DNA of 63,830 bases, filler included, from Asterionella formosa (Eukaryota), in NCBI GenBank assembly GCA_002256025.1. It is 15 parts of 15 records of this genome, joined end to end, with 100 filler letters (N's around TTAATTAATTAA, not from the genome) between each part and the next. Parts side by side here need not be neighbours in the genome. Positions count along the whole stretch, not along the records: positions 34,165 to 38,322 come from NKIB01013673.1; positions 38,423 to 42,580 come from NKIB01013674.1; positions 42,681 to 46,834 come from NKIB01013675.1; 12 more parts are not named here. The stretch is one strand, 5' to 3'. The notes under the pieces were generated by a model that ran no database searches, was not told the DNA's origin, and saw nothing but the letters and a program-made list of their open reading frames with translations. Positions 34,614-46,834 of this stretch are shown in pieces; within the stretch, counting starts at the first letter, position 1; the number at the start of each line of letters is the position of its first letter. The position numbers were made by a program, and so were the translations under genes.

Positions 34614-35936
34614 ATGAAGTGCTTCGTCTGGCTATATATTTTCGTAACATCGATATCATTATGCAAACCTTTCGCGTTCAATGCAATGCTCCCGAGTGTC
34701 TCAAGGTCGGCGTTCTCATTGTCGGCTCAACTTAACAGAGACGAGATTGCTCGGTATTCTCGTCATCTCGTCTTGGGTGATGTTGGCATGGCAGGCCAAG
34801 AGGCAATCAAGGACGCGGCAGTCCTTGTGATTGGAGCTGGAGGTCTTGGCTCGCCGTGTCTATTATATCTGGCTGCCGCTGGTATTGGTCACATTGGAAT
34901 TGTCGACGGAGACGTTGTGGACGAATCGAATCTTCAGCGCCAAATTATTCATGCAGTTTCCACTGTTGGAAAGTCCAAGTGTCAGTCTGCCAAAGAGAGG
35001 ATCCAAGACACAAATCCGTTTGTGCAAGTCAGGTTGTACGAAGAAGAATTTACCTCGGCAACAGCCATGCGAATTCTAGGTGAAGGCTTTTCCGAGCGAA
35101 AATCATGGGATATTGTGGTTGATGGATCGGATAATTTTCCCACCAAGTACCTCATCAACGATGCATGCGATATCCTAGGAATTACATGGGTCTACTCTGC
35201 TATTCTAGCCTTCGAAGGACAGCTGAGTGTGTTCAACTTGAATGGGAACGGGCCAACCTATCGGGATTTGTTACCTGAACCACCCCCTCCGGGGGATGTC
35301 CCATCGTGTGCAGAAGGAGGTGTCCTTGGAGTCCTACCTGGAACTATGGGGTGTTTGCAAGCTACAGAAGTCATAAAATTTATTCTTGGAAGGACTGAAG
35401 GCATGGCTAGTGGAAGAATAATTGTATTCGACGCTATGAAAATGAAATTCAGTGAAGTTTGTCTCTCCAAGTTGCCCGATCGTCAGACGATCACCGAGTT
35501 GATTGATTATCAAGGATTTTGCGCTGGTCCAAAGGCACCTCCAAAAAGGATTGAATCCAATGGGGGTAGAACAATGGATGAAATTGAGTCTGAAGAGACC
35601 ATTTCGGACAAAATATTTCATTCACTTCAACCTCTGGAATGTTTGGAGAAACTATCTGGTGGATGGTCCCCTTGGGTTTTAGATGTTCGACTTCAAACCG
35701 AGCACGACATTGTTGCTCTTCCCTTCACAGATAATGTGGTACCCCATCGATCAGTTCGTGTGGAACATATCCCAAAGCATGGAGATGTCCTTGTTTATTG
35801 CAAGGCAGGGGTTCGAGGCAAGAAGGCGTGTGCCCAGTTAGTTGCACTCGGCGTTGATCCAGATCGGCTCTACAATTTGGATGGTGGAATAATGCGATGG
35901 CAACAGGACGTAGATACAAGAATGCCAAGATACTAA
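34614..35936 (+). CDS. MoeB/ThiF adenylyltransferase-rhodanese fusion (MoeZ/MOCS3-like) with bipartite plastid presequence
   Basis: RYSRHL, VIGAGGLGSP, DESNLQRQ, DGSDNFPT, PEPPPPG.VPSCAEGGVLG, rhodanese VYCKAGVRG and NLDGGI..W; signal peptide followed by FAF. Confidence 0.9.
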   Translation: MKCFVWLYIFVTSISLCKPFAFNAMLPSVSRSAFSLSAQLNRDEIARYSRHLVLGDVGMAGQEAIKDAAVLVIGAGGLGSPCLLYLAAAGIGHIGIVDGDVVDESNLQRQIIHAVSTVGKSKCQSAKERIQDTNPFVQVRLYEEEFTSATAMRILGEGFSERKSWDIVVDGSDNFPTKYLINDACDILGITWVYSAILAFEGQLSVFNLNGNGPTYRDLLPEPPPPGDVPSCAEGGVLGVLPGTMGCLQATEVIKFILGRTEGMASGRIIVFDAMKMKFSEVCLSKLPDRQTITELIDYQGFCAGPKAPPKRIESNGGRTMDEIESEETISDKIFHSLQPLECLEKLSGGWSPWVLDVRLQTEHDIVALPFTDNVVPHRSVRVEHIPKHGDVLVYCKAGVRGKKACAQLVALGVDPDRLYNLDGGIMRWQQDVDTRMPRY

Positions 35937-38422
35937 AATAAAGTTGCTAACTCAACCAGGTTCTAGACCCACCTTCAAGACAAGTGTTTTTAATGGACCT
36001 GGCTACAAACACTGATGGCAAAACTTTTTTTACAGATTCCTACATAAGGGAATGACCACCCCAAACCTCTCCACTGCCCCACCAAGTTTTCTGGGCCATG
36101 GAGCACAATCAATACAATTCTTTAGCTATATAGGCTAATACTAATGCGCAATGAAAAATATTTACACACTGTACATAGATCTGTACCTAAGAGCAAGGGG
36201 CACATTAGGGCAATTGAGCTGGAGAAATTCGTAGGAATCCAAAGAATGGCCTCGGAGAAATTTTAAGAATCGATGCAATATTTTCGCTCGCCCAGAGGGA
36301 GTACCGGTACCAGGTCTACCGTAGCATGCAGTCTACCAGGTACCAGGGTACTGGTACTGGTACACTGGTACCAATCTACCAGGTAGCAATCCCCACCCTA
36401 GCTATCGTCTTGCTTTTCGATGAGAACTGTGGGTGTCTCAGTAATTTTTGGTTTCTTTAAGTAATTTTTTTATTTAAGGGCAATATGGGGCACATTGGAT
36501 TTTTCGGCAGTCAATTTTAGGTTTGAGCAGCAGGGACCATCGAGCAATGTTTTTAGAGTAGACACATCAAAAATGGATGGACCACCGAATATACCGGTAC
36601 CGGTATATGCATGAAAAATAGTCACACAAGAATGATTGTAACAAGCATCGAAAATTCGACACGATGATGTTAAGCAACCAAAGTATGAAACGGAAATCGA
36701 AAGGTAAGACGTGAAAATGACAAGCAGGGAGTAGAGTAAAAAAGTGAAAAAGAAAATGGGTGAGCGGAAAAATCGTGTGAAATTTTGTCAACGCATATTC
36801 ATTAACAATTGTCAACTCACTTGTCGTTGCAACGAAATTTCAAAAATTTTCAGATCGGGCCTGGCAAAGCAGAAACCGATGCCTGAATGGATTAAGAGGC
36901 AATGCTGGTTTATGAATTGATTCGGACTTGTGGTTGCGGAGGTGTTGGAGGAGCAACAGCTTGATAGCGGAGGTTTCTTGGTGCTGGCGGTGCAGAATTC
37001 TGGCAGTATCCGGCAGGAGGAGGAGCAGGATGCATCGGAAATTTACTGGCTGATGTGGACGTTTGTGAATTGGAAAATTGAGGAGGACAGTTTTGATTGG
37101 GTTGATAGGGAGCAATGGAGTGATATGTTGTTTGTGCTGGCGAGATACGTTGCCCACATTGTTTGCGACCTGGAGACTTTGCAATCTTCGTGCGAGTTTC
37201 GATAAAAGTGGCTTGCTAGCTTTGGGAAACAGGAAAAGAATAATGTTAGTGTGTGTTCATCATTACACCTCGTGAAAACAACAATCAACTGGCAACATAT
37301 TTCACCTCATTGGACAGGCTGGTTTGACCAGTGGATACTGATTTGTTGCATCATCAGGAAGTGGAGGAGTAACATGACAATAGCCTTTATCAAAGTTCTG
37401 AAGAGGAAGAAATACGTTTCATAATTAGTATACTCGACTATGGCGGGAACTCAAATATGACAACACCAATCAACAAGCACATACCTCTCCTCTCTTCCTT
37501 GTTGAATACGAGTTAATGCAGAACACCGGTTCCATCATGTTCCGGCTGCTTTGCGGAGTTTGCGATAGGTCATTGAGATTGACGACTTTTCGTTTGTCAT
37601 TTTAGAAGATTATGCAGAAGTAACAAAAGTAATATTGTGATTAGAAAGCAATGAAACAATGCTATTGTAGGGCAGCGGAAAAAAAGCCAACACATGAGCA
37701 CTAAAACTTGCTGCCAAGATCTGATTTGAGATAGTGTAGAACACGTAGAAAACATACTACAAAAAAATAGTTAAAATTTAATGGCTGATCATATCTGACG
37801 AAAATACCGGTTCAATGGCGAGATGGAAGCCTAACTTTGACCTACCATAACGTTTTCAGTTTTGATACTCAACAACTGATTGATGTCGCTTTTGAACAAT
37901 CATTAATTTATTTATCACTAAGTATCGAATCTAGCGAAGGAGTTGACCGGAAAGGCTATCGGAAATCAACAGAAAGGGGAACCGAAATTTTGGTGCCACT
38001 GTGATGAAGCAAGCATGATGCAACGATATGAATCCCATAAGAAGTCGAATTATCCAACAACCAGCCAGATCCATTTGATGAAGAGTCAGTACTTGAGACA
38101 TCAATGACCAGATTTTGTATACATCATAGCATGCTGGAAGATAGCAGGGATGTAAATAGTGGAATTGACGTCGACACTTAAAAGAAAACCATCATTTCAT
38201 GCCTTTCATGTAGCTCCTCCTACTCTCGTCCAATTTCGGTAGTCTATTTTCCTTAAGTAAATGGCAGTCAATTGAGGGGCTATAGAAATCAGTAATCAAA
38301 TTCCCCTAAATAAACGGCAGTANNNNNNNNNNNNNNNNNNNNNNNNNNNNNNNNNNNNNNNNNNNNTTAATTAATTAANNNNNNNNNNNNNNNNNNNNNN
38401 NNNNNNNNNNNNNNNNNNNNNN

Positions 38423-41400
38423 TGTTTAACATGTCTACAGAAATGTCTGAAGAGAGCATGAGGCTCATCAAGTTTGATGGCAACGAAACAAACTGGTACC
38501 AGTGGAGCGTTACAACGCTTGCTCTGGCTAAGGCAAGAGGATTCCGAACGATGTACTCCAAGAACCATAACCCGTGTTCTGACGAAGAGTACGAATTGGA
38601 GACAGACAAAGGAGTCAGGGCTATCTACGAGGCCAACGACAAGGCGTACCAGCTGCTCATCATGAGCTGCACCGGAATCGCCTTCGGACTTGTAAACCAA
38701 GCCAAAACGAAAGCGTTGATTGATGGCGATGCATATATGGCGTGGAAGAACCTCGAAGCGAGGTATGCCCCCCATTCTGTGTTGGACCTGATCCAGCTGG
38801 CAAGCGATTTCAACCAATGCAAGCTGAACAATAGCTCCTCTGATCCAGACGAATGGTTCATTGAGCTCGATCTAATACAAAGCAAGATGATGGAGATCGA
38901 CCCATCATTTGAGAAGAAAGAAATGGAAGTGATTGCGAACGTAATCGACAAGCTTCCAGTGGAATACAGCGAGGTTGTTACAGTCGTCGAGGGCATGACA
39001 ACAATCAGCCTCAACGAATTGAAAGGAAAGATCCGAGCATTCTACAAACGAAAGCTAAAGGGCACGAAGAGCACAAAGGAGATCGCCCTATTCACGCAGA
39101 AATACAAAGATATCTGCAAGAACTGCGGCAAAGAAGGGCACAAGGCCGACGTGTGCCGATCGAAAACGAACACAAGCGGAACGAATGCAAACGGTACGAA
39201 CGAAAAAAATGAGATAAAGTGCTATAATTGCAATAAATATGTCGGGCATATTGCAAGAGACTGCCCGGAACCAAAACGCGCACCACGCGGCGAGAAGAAA
39301 AAAGAAACCGGCATGTACGTCGGAATGTGCGAGGAGATTACTGGTATGGAGGCGACAGACGATATCCCCGGTACCATGGACGTGACGCAGAATAATACCG
39401 AGGCTGCTACTGAAGAACTCCTACACGTGTGTTTCGTCCCTACAATGGAAGACGAGTGGTAAGCATTTTGATGTATTCAACTAATTCATGTGATCCATTC
39501 AAAATCAACTAGGCTTATTTACGTGATGGTCACTTCACGTAATACGCGGCTTAGATGTGGTATGCACGAAACGAGGTGACATTTTAATTACCAACAAGAC
39601 GTGCTCCATGATACTACGCAAGGTACTCTACACTCCACACTTCCACAAGAATATCGTCAGCATCGGGCAATTTGTCAAGAACGGAGGGTGCGAGGCACGC
39701 ATGAAGGGGTCTGAGTTGAGTCTACATAAGGAAGGGTACGACAACGAACTAACCTTTTCTTGTGAGGATAAAGGCGTCCTTTACTACTTCAAGGGAAAAC
39801 GTACCCTAGTACAATCCGAAACGGTCTTGTCTATCCACGACTCGACAACAAACTGTACACCTGATCCTACTCCAACGAATACCAAGCAAGACAGTGACGC
39901 AACTCCCTACGGCAATAACTACCAAGAAACCAACGCAAATTGACATCAACGAGGCCCACGACAAATACGGCCACATCAGCGAGGCATCCCTTAGCGCAAC
40001 GCTTAAGTCCCTCGGTATTGAACCTACGGGCAAGATTCAGTCGTGTGAAGGCTGCGCACTAGCTAAGGCAAAGGCCAAAGCGGTACCTAAAGTCACGACC
40101 CTCAAGGCCTCTACTCCTCCTGAACGATTGTACGTGGACATTTCAGGTTCCTACAAGAAATCTCTAATTGGAAGCAACTACTGGATTCTATTCGGGGATC
40201 AGTACACAGGCAAGGCATGGAGTTATTTTGTTAACAAGAAAAGTCTTTTGGCATGCATCGCGGATGCCCTGTTGACTACACTCAAGTCAGCGGGCTATGT
40301 TGTACGCTTCCTACGCTGCGACAATGCCGGTGAAAACATGACCAGTCTAAGCATCGTCTGCACCATGCAGGGTATTCAGATTGAGTATACTGCCCCCCAT
40401 ACTCCTCAACAGAACGGAGTCGTGGAACGAAAATTTGTGACGATACGAGACCGAGCATGTGCCTCCATGTTCAGCGCAAAATTGTCAGACGAATACCAGG
40501 GGCTACTGTGGGCCAAGAGTGTCCACATGCACACGCGACTAACGAACTCTGTCGCTAACTCGAATACGGGAAAATGCCCCGATTGGCTTTTCTACGGCTT
40601 TCAGCCTAAGATTTATCCTCACCTGATTCAGTTTGGCAGGGTGGGGTGGGCCACGATTCGGACGCCAAGGCAGAAACTAACCCCAAAAAGTGTCAAATGG
40701 TGTGTCATGCTTGGATACAGCCATGACCACGCCGGTGATACCTACCGCATGTACAACGTTACAACGAAAAAGGTCTTCAACACAAGAGACCTTAAATGGG
40801 CCGACTGGCATGGAAATGCCAAACCCACAGCGGACATGGACGAATTCACCACAGACGGATCCGGTATAGACAAGGAGTTCGACACTCCTACTAAACCTAC
40901 CAACGCAATGCCTCCTGACGAGCAAGGGGCTACTACACTACTACCAACGAAACAAGACGATCCCAGTACTCCCAAGGGAGTGAGCTTTGCAGATTCCGTC
41001 GCAGGTGGTATGAATATGAACGAGCCTCGTACGAATAATGCTACGAAATCTACAAAGCTCGATCGAGAAATGAATAGGCTATCAACAGGCAGGCTTTGTG
41101 ACCTCACCTACTCCTACTCGTGCAGGCACACGTCAGCAATCATCCGCAGCACGCACGCTAATATTGGATGATGACACCATCGAAGATACCAACGAAGTGC
41201 ACCAACCTAGTGAGGAAGCACACTCAACGAGCCTAGCTTCTGACCCACTGGAACCCAAGAGCTACAAGCAGGCACTATTAAGTAACGAAAAAGACGAATG
41301 GACCAAGGCAATCAAAGCAGAGATTGAAAACTTCTAGTACTCCCGCAAAGTGTGGAAACTACATCCTCGTAAGAATCTAAATGGACGAAAGCCACTTGGA

Positions 41401-42580
41401 GCAAAATGGGTATTTAAAAAAAAGAACGAGCATGACAACACTACGCGCTACAAGGGCCGTATTGTGGTAAAAGGCTACGTGCAGATACCAGGTGTCGACT
41501 TCACAGATTCATTTGCACCTGTTGTTACGGATACTGGCCTACGTATTGTGTTTACAATTACCCTACACAGGAAAGATTTTGTATGCGAAATTGTGGACAT
41601 CGAAGCGGCATTCCTCGAAGCCGACCTCGAAGAAGAAATTTACATAGAATGGCCAGATGGAATCGCTAACTTCCACTACGAAAACGAAACCACTATGACT
41701 GACAACTGTATCCGACTGGATAAGGCACCAATGTACGGCACGGTACAAGCTGCACGGCAATGGTTCAAGAAACTCCGAGACTGCCTACTTGATATGGGAC
41801 TCAAGCAAAGCAATGTCGACCCCTGCGTGTTCTACGAAAAACGAGAAGGCATCCTTACTACCCTACTGCTATGCACCTACGTCGATGACCTCGCAGTAAC
41901 CGGCACCCAAGCCGACGTCAACAAGTTCAAGTTGGCACTGAAACAATACTTGAACGTTAAAGAGCTTGGTCAGCTATGCAAGCATCTAGGAGTATGGTAC
42001 GAATGGGGCGAAGACGAGAAAGGACGCTATCTACAGTCCGAAATGGAGGACTTTGTCAAAGATATGATTAATGACTACACGACTATATTTGGAAAGGAAC
42101 CAAAGAAAGCCTCAACGCCGGGATTCCCGGGAACGGTCCTAAGTAAGAACCGAGGAGAGACGATCAAGAATAAGGAATATCGCTCCCTCGTTGGAAAAAT
42201 ACTTTACTTCGTGAAGAAAATATCGCCAGTATGCGCCAACGCATGTCGTGAATTGTCACAGCACCTCGACAACCCAGGCGAAACGCACTGGCAAGCATTG
42301 GAACGCCTACTCGGGTATTTGTGTCTACATGGGGACATTGCATGCAGAATGAAACTACGTGCTCCCAACGAGCTACGTATTCAAGATGTCGTGGACAGCG
42401 CCTTCGCCTCTAATCCTGATGCACGAAAAAGTGTCAGCGGTTATTTAGGCACAATCGGAGGGTGCGCCCTAATTCACTGGATATCAAAAGGACAGGATAT
42501 CGTAACGCAATCAAGCACCGAGTGTGAATATGTTGCACTCAGTAACAGCTCAAAGGAAACTGTCTTCGCAACAAATCTAC
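38423..42580 (+). mobile_element. Degenerate Ty1/copia gag-pol (gag, disrupted protease, integrase, RT, partial RNase H)
   Basis: Two CX2CX4-5HX4C knuckles; integrase H-H-C-C, YVDISG, RCDNAGE, QQNGVVERK; RT KGRIVVKGY, YVDDL. Frameshifts near 39900 and 41095; in-frame TAG at 41335-41337. Confidence 0.95.
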
Positions 42581-43088
42581 NNNNNNNNNNNNNNNNNNNN
42601 NNNNNNNNNNNNNNNNNNNNNNNNTTAATTAATTAANNNNNNNNNNNNNNNNNNNNNNNNNNNNNNNNNNNNNNNNNNNNATTTCCATTGGGGAACTCTG
42701 CACTTCTGGCACCATTTATGTATCCAAATGGTCCACTCTGACATGCCACAATCAAACTTGCATCACCCTGTCCCTATTGCACACTGGATATGTCGCTTGA
42801 TTAGCACAGAGGTGCTGCTGTAGAAACAGTGGTTTCAACAGGGAATCTTGACTCTATTTTTCGGAATGACATTCTTTCTTGATAATGTGTTGATCCTGGT
42901 GTTGATACACAATTTCCGAAGTAGACTGACTACCAGGTACCACATTTGGCAAAAGTATTCTCATAGTGATGACGTGGCTCGACGCATCACCCAGATGTTG
43001 GGACATCAAGCGATGGTTTCTTTATCATGGGGATACCGTTATACCAGTACGTATTTCTCTTTCATATGTAAAAAGATTGCAAATCACC

Positions 43089-44309
43089 ATGAGCAGTCGC
43101 ATTTTTATTTTTATTTCGATTGCTTGTACTCGTTTCTTGTTGACGACTGCGTTTTCAAATAGACCAAAATCGCATGGAGTACGCTCAACTCGACGCAAAA
43201 TGCTCGCTCAGATCTCAATTACAACCATGATTGGGTTTTTTTCCTTGGCGGTGCCGTCGCTTTCCTTTTCAGTCTCGGGCGGCAGCCAAACGTCAAAATT
43301 GGCCATTCCTTCTGACAGCACTTCTTCTAGTGGAAGCAAGGTTGCCTATCGATCATTCAGCATATTTTTGAATGAGTTTGATGCCATAATTCCTGTTGCC
43401 ATGTGGTATCCGACCGGGCCGTCGTCCGAAAAGCCATACGTAACAAAGCGCGTTACTTACAGCCATCGAATCTCCGTGAGGAGGATCGGACAACTTCTAG
43501 CGGGTTGGGACTTCATCCCTGAATTATTTTCAAGGAATTTTGATCTGGATCCTTCTCTTTCTGCTGGATCTGTGGTCGAAGGTACACAGTTTAGCCCTCC
43601 AAGCGAGGGTCCTATCGTATTCTTGGCTCACGGCTACCTTGGAAGTCGATTTGATCTTTCTCACCTAGCCGAAGCCCTTGCTCAAGCGGGCTTCATTTGC
43701 GTCAGCCCAGAGTACCCTGAGTCCTTATCAGCTTCATATTGCCGAGTAGAAGGCCTTGATCGTCAGAAAATTACCCAAAAGCTCATTAGTGAGCTGAGTT
43801 CCACCTTAAACATCCGAGCCACATCGTATGGTATTGTGGGCCACTCATTGGGTTGCGGAACTGTCATGTCAACAGGGGACTCCTCATGGACTCGGGTATG
43901 TATCGCGGGCTTTCCTCGGCAACGTGATGGGTCTCCTATATCTGGTGATGTCTTGTTCTTAGCATCCATGAACGATGGTGCTGTCTCGCTATCTCGATTC
44001 GGAGGCAAAGACGCCATTCCTGTTGATTTCTGGCAGTTGGAAGAATCGGAACTGACATATGAAAAATTGTTACCACGGCGAGCATCATTGGTTTTTGATA
44101 GACCAGATGCCCCCAATCATATATCCTTCTTGACTGATGGAGTAAATAATGCAATGATTGACCTCTTGTCGCCACTCTTGCCGGTTGCACAAGCTCTGAA
44201 GATCCCAGTCTTGGACTTTGACAAGTACAAGGACTCACAAGATTCAAAACGAACAGCAGAAGTTGTCATTCCTTTGGTGGTCGCTTATTTCAAGCAGCTC
44301 ATGACATAG
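43089..44309 (+). CDS. Alpha/beta hydrolase (dienelactone hydrolase/PAF-AH-like), probably plastid/thylakoid-lumen targeted
   Basis: HGYLGS, GHSLG nucleophile elbow, NDG, PNHISF; signal peptide + AF, then RR + hydrophobic stretch. Confidence 0.85.
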   Translation: MSSRIFIFISIACTRFLLTTAFSNRPKSHGVRSTRRKMLAQISITTMIGFFSLAVPSLSFSVSGGSQTSKLAIPSDSTSSSGSKVAYRSFSIFLNEFDAIIPVAMWYPTGPSSEKPYVTKRVTYSHRISVRRIGQLLAGWDFIPELFSRNFDLDPSLSAGSVVEGTQFSPPSEGPIVFLAHGYLGSRFDLSHLAEALAQAGFICVSPEYPESLSASYCRVEGLDRQKITQKLISELSSTLNIRATSYGIVGHSLGCGTVMSTGDSSWTRVCIAGFPRQRDGSPISGDVLFLASMNDGAVSLSRFGGKDAIPVDFWQLEESELTYEKLLPRRASLVFDRPDAPNHISFLTDGVNNAMIDLLSPLLPVAQALKIPVLDFDKYKDSQDSKRTAEVVIPLVVAYFKQLMT

Positions 44310-45549
44310 CATGAGCTATACAAATAGAGCCAAAAAAGGAATGTTGACTATTTGTTGCTGTTTCCAGTGATTCTTACTGAAAGCCCAGATCTAGCATAAA
44401 CTCACCTACTCACCGGACAAAAAAACTACTTGATTTAGTTTCTCGTGAAAAATGGATAATATTTCGATTTCTGGCATCCACAAAATACCATGTGTGTATT
44501 CCAGCATTGTGGTCTTGCAATGGCAATGTGATGTCAGGGGAGGAGGTTCTTGTCGAATTTTTTCGGCTTAGTCTCCAGGTTATGCCCAAACACCAGAGCA
44601 ATATCCAGTCACTAATACTCTGGTAATAATAGACTCACTTGTTAGGGATCATGTGTACAGTCCAACTAGAGCTACGACAGCGAAAAGTTACACCGTGTTC
44701 ATATAGCTAACATGATAGCTAATACTTAACATGTTACAGTTCATCAAGCAGAGGAACTCATTTATTTTATTTTTAGATGCATGTGTATTATACAGTATAG
44801 CTGTAGATTGCCTGATGGTAGGCAATACCTGGTACAAAGTGCTTGTATAGTCCAGGTAAAGAAAAAATTTTCAAATGTGAATTTGGGGTAATCAGCAGCT
44901 GTATGATGTAGACTACTGGTATACATAATGCAGATGCTGCAATGATGGCTGGAGTGGACATCGAAAACCCACACTCATATTCTGCATACTCCTGCCAAGT
45001 GACTGGATCAGGAGGAAGAAACACAAAGGTTTATATGTTTTGTGTGTGGTGAGCTGGTGAGAACAAGCACAAGAAGTGTAACAGCTTGCAATCATATGAG
45101 AAAACAACAACTCAACATGATACAGTGACTATTGGGACAACAAAATTAACATCAAAATTTTATTCTTGTACTACTAGTATGCCAAGCAATGGCACCCGGA
45201 TTTTAAAAAAGACAAATCAGTGTACATTATGTGAAGTACCCTGGTATATACTGGTAAGACATTATTGGTGTTTTACGCTGGACCGGTCAATACTGTCTGG
45301 TACCTCGCTCTCCTTGCTTGATCATGGTGAAAATATGGTATGGAGAAGGAAAAAATTCACCAAGAAGCACTAGGAGTGCACATTGGGGGTATATTCTACT
45401 ACCAACATACCGATGGACCCTGTATTATGATGTTATTATGATATTGGCCAAGAAATTCTACCACAATGCAACATGGTATGTTGTGGGATTAAAGTAAAAC
45501 ATTAAACTAAATATCAACATGGCGACAATGATGGATGTCAACAAGCAGA

Positions 45550-46834
45550 GTAAATGAGCCTGCACAGTCCTCCCCTGTTCACAAGAGTGTCCATATTGCT
45601 ATGATGTCATGATAAAGAGATGGCATAGAATATTTTAAAAAGCTATGAGTTTATTTGGGAGGAACTTGGGGAAGTGACAACTGAGGATGTCTTCAAATGG
45701 ATGGCCGTCCTGATCCAAACAATGATGACAACCCATCACATAAGGACATGGCCTGTCTTCTTCCCTGGAACACTACAAAAAGGAATTGTCATGTTTTATG
45801 CCAAATCGACTCTCCACTTGCTGGAATGCTCTTATCCACAGTGGCAATCCAACAAGGTCTGTTCCTATCAATAAACTCATCAAAGTAGTAAAAAAGAAAA
45901 AGTCCGCAGACAAGGGAAACCATCACAAGCAAGGAGACCCCTAGTAGATTCCCAAGAGTTCTCTAATGCCATGATCATCTTTCAATCAAGGATAGTATCC
46001 ATCAGTTGTGTCAGTTGTCTGCACTGCGTGCCTTTCAATTCCGCATGGTTGGCCAAATTGATGATTGCATGCAATTAACAAAAATAAACCTAAATGCGAA
46101 TCTTCGATTTCCTTTCACTCAGATGGCCAAGCTGTGTTGGACAAGACACTAAAGAAGAGAGGGAGACACCAAACCAGCCAGGTACTCATTCTTGCATCCA
46201 TGTCGCAAGATTTTGGCGTTCTCCTTGCCTTGGCAAGTCATCTTGAGACAAAATGCATGGAGCATGGCACATCACACGAGAATCTATGGGTGTTTCTCTA
46301 AGAACCAACAATACATCTAATGCTAGTACTAAAAGAAAGGCCTTTGCAATTCTGCATGATGATGTATGGGAAGTCGCGAGTTGAAACAAATGAACACACG
46401 CAGCCTTCGGAAGTACCCATTCAAACATGCAAGACGAAATGGCTTCTCCTGGGATGATGCTGCCTTCCAAGGACACTGGAAATGGCGCACAGAACAAGTT
46501 GACACTTACATTGATTCTGAGCTAGTTAACCTATCCAGACGCCAAGGTTGCGGCATCCCTTTGTATTGGCAGCACTTGTAAGGACGTTCTGAATCAACAT
46601 AGCGGTGTGTCTGATGATTGGCTTCTGCAATATGTAGTGCCAAATACCCAGAATATGCTATGCGTTGAGTTTCCACACAATATGGTGCTAATGCTTGCAT
46701 GTCCACTCCCTTGGGCGGCTTTTGAGCCAAGTCTAAACCAGGGAAGCCCACACACCGGATCCATATGGCATATGCAATTGTACACAATCTTCCACTAGAT
46801 GCTTAAATCGACTTTCCTGAATGCTGGCACAAAT
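45550..46834 (+). mobile_element. Decayed Crypton (tyrosine recombinase) DNA transposon, stramenopile type
   Basis: Fragments in shifting frames: GNPTRSVPINKLIKVVKK, RQGKPS, SLRKY..HARRNG, GHWK, VDTYID, YPDAKVAASLCIG; many stops. Confidence 0.8.

Noticed and set aside
31105..35936. Apparent molybdenum cluster (MOT2 transporter next to a MoeB-like gene)
   Set aside because: The genes are on different contigs separated by the artificial linker at 34065-34164.
36930..37205. 91-aa acidic/Trp-rich ORF
   Set aside because: Non-ATG start, no recognisable family and no supporting gene structure.
39459..39554. GT-AG intron (GTAAGC...TTAG) rescuing the copia gag-pol frame
   Set aside because: Splicing creates TG|A (a stop), and the protease D(S/T)G motif would still be missing.
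41335..41337. Programmed readthrough between integrase and RT
   Set aside because: The same copy has two frameshifts and a destroyed protease, so a nonsense mutation is more likely.
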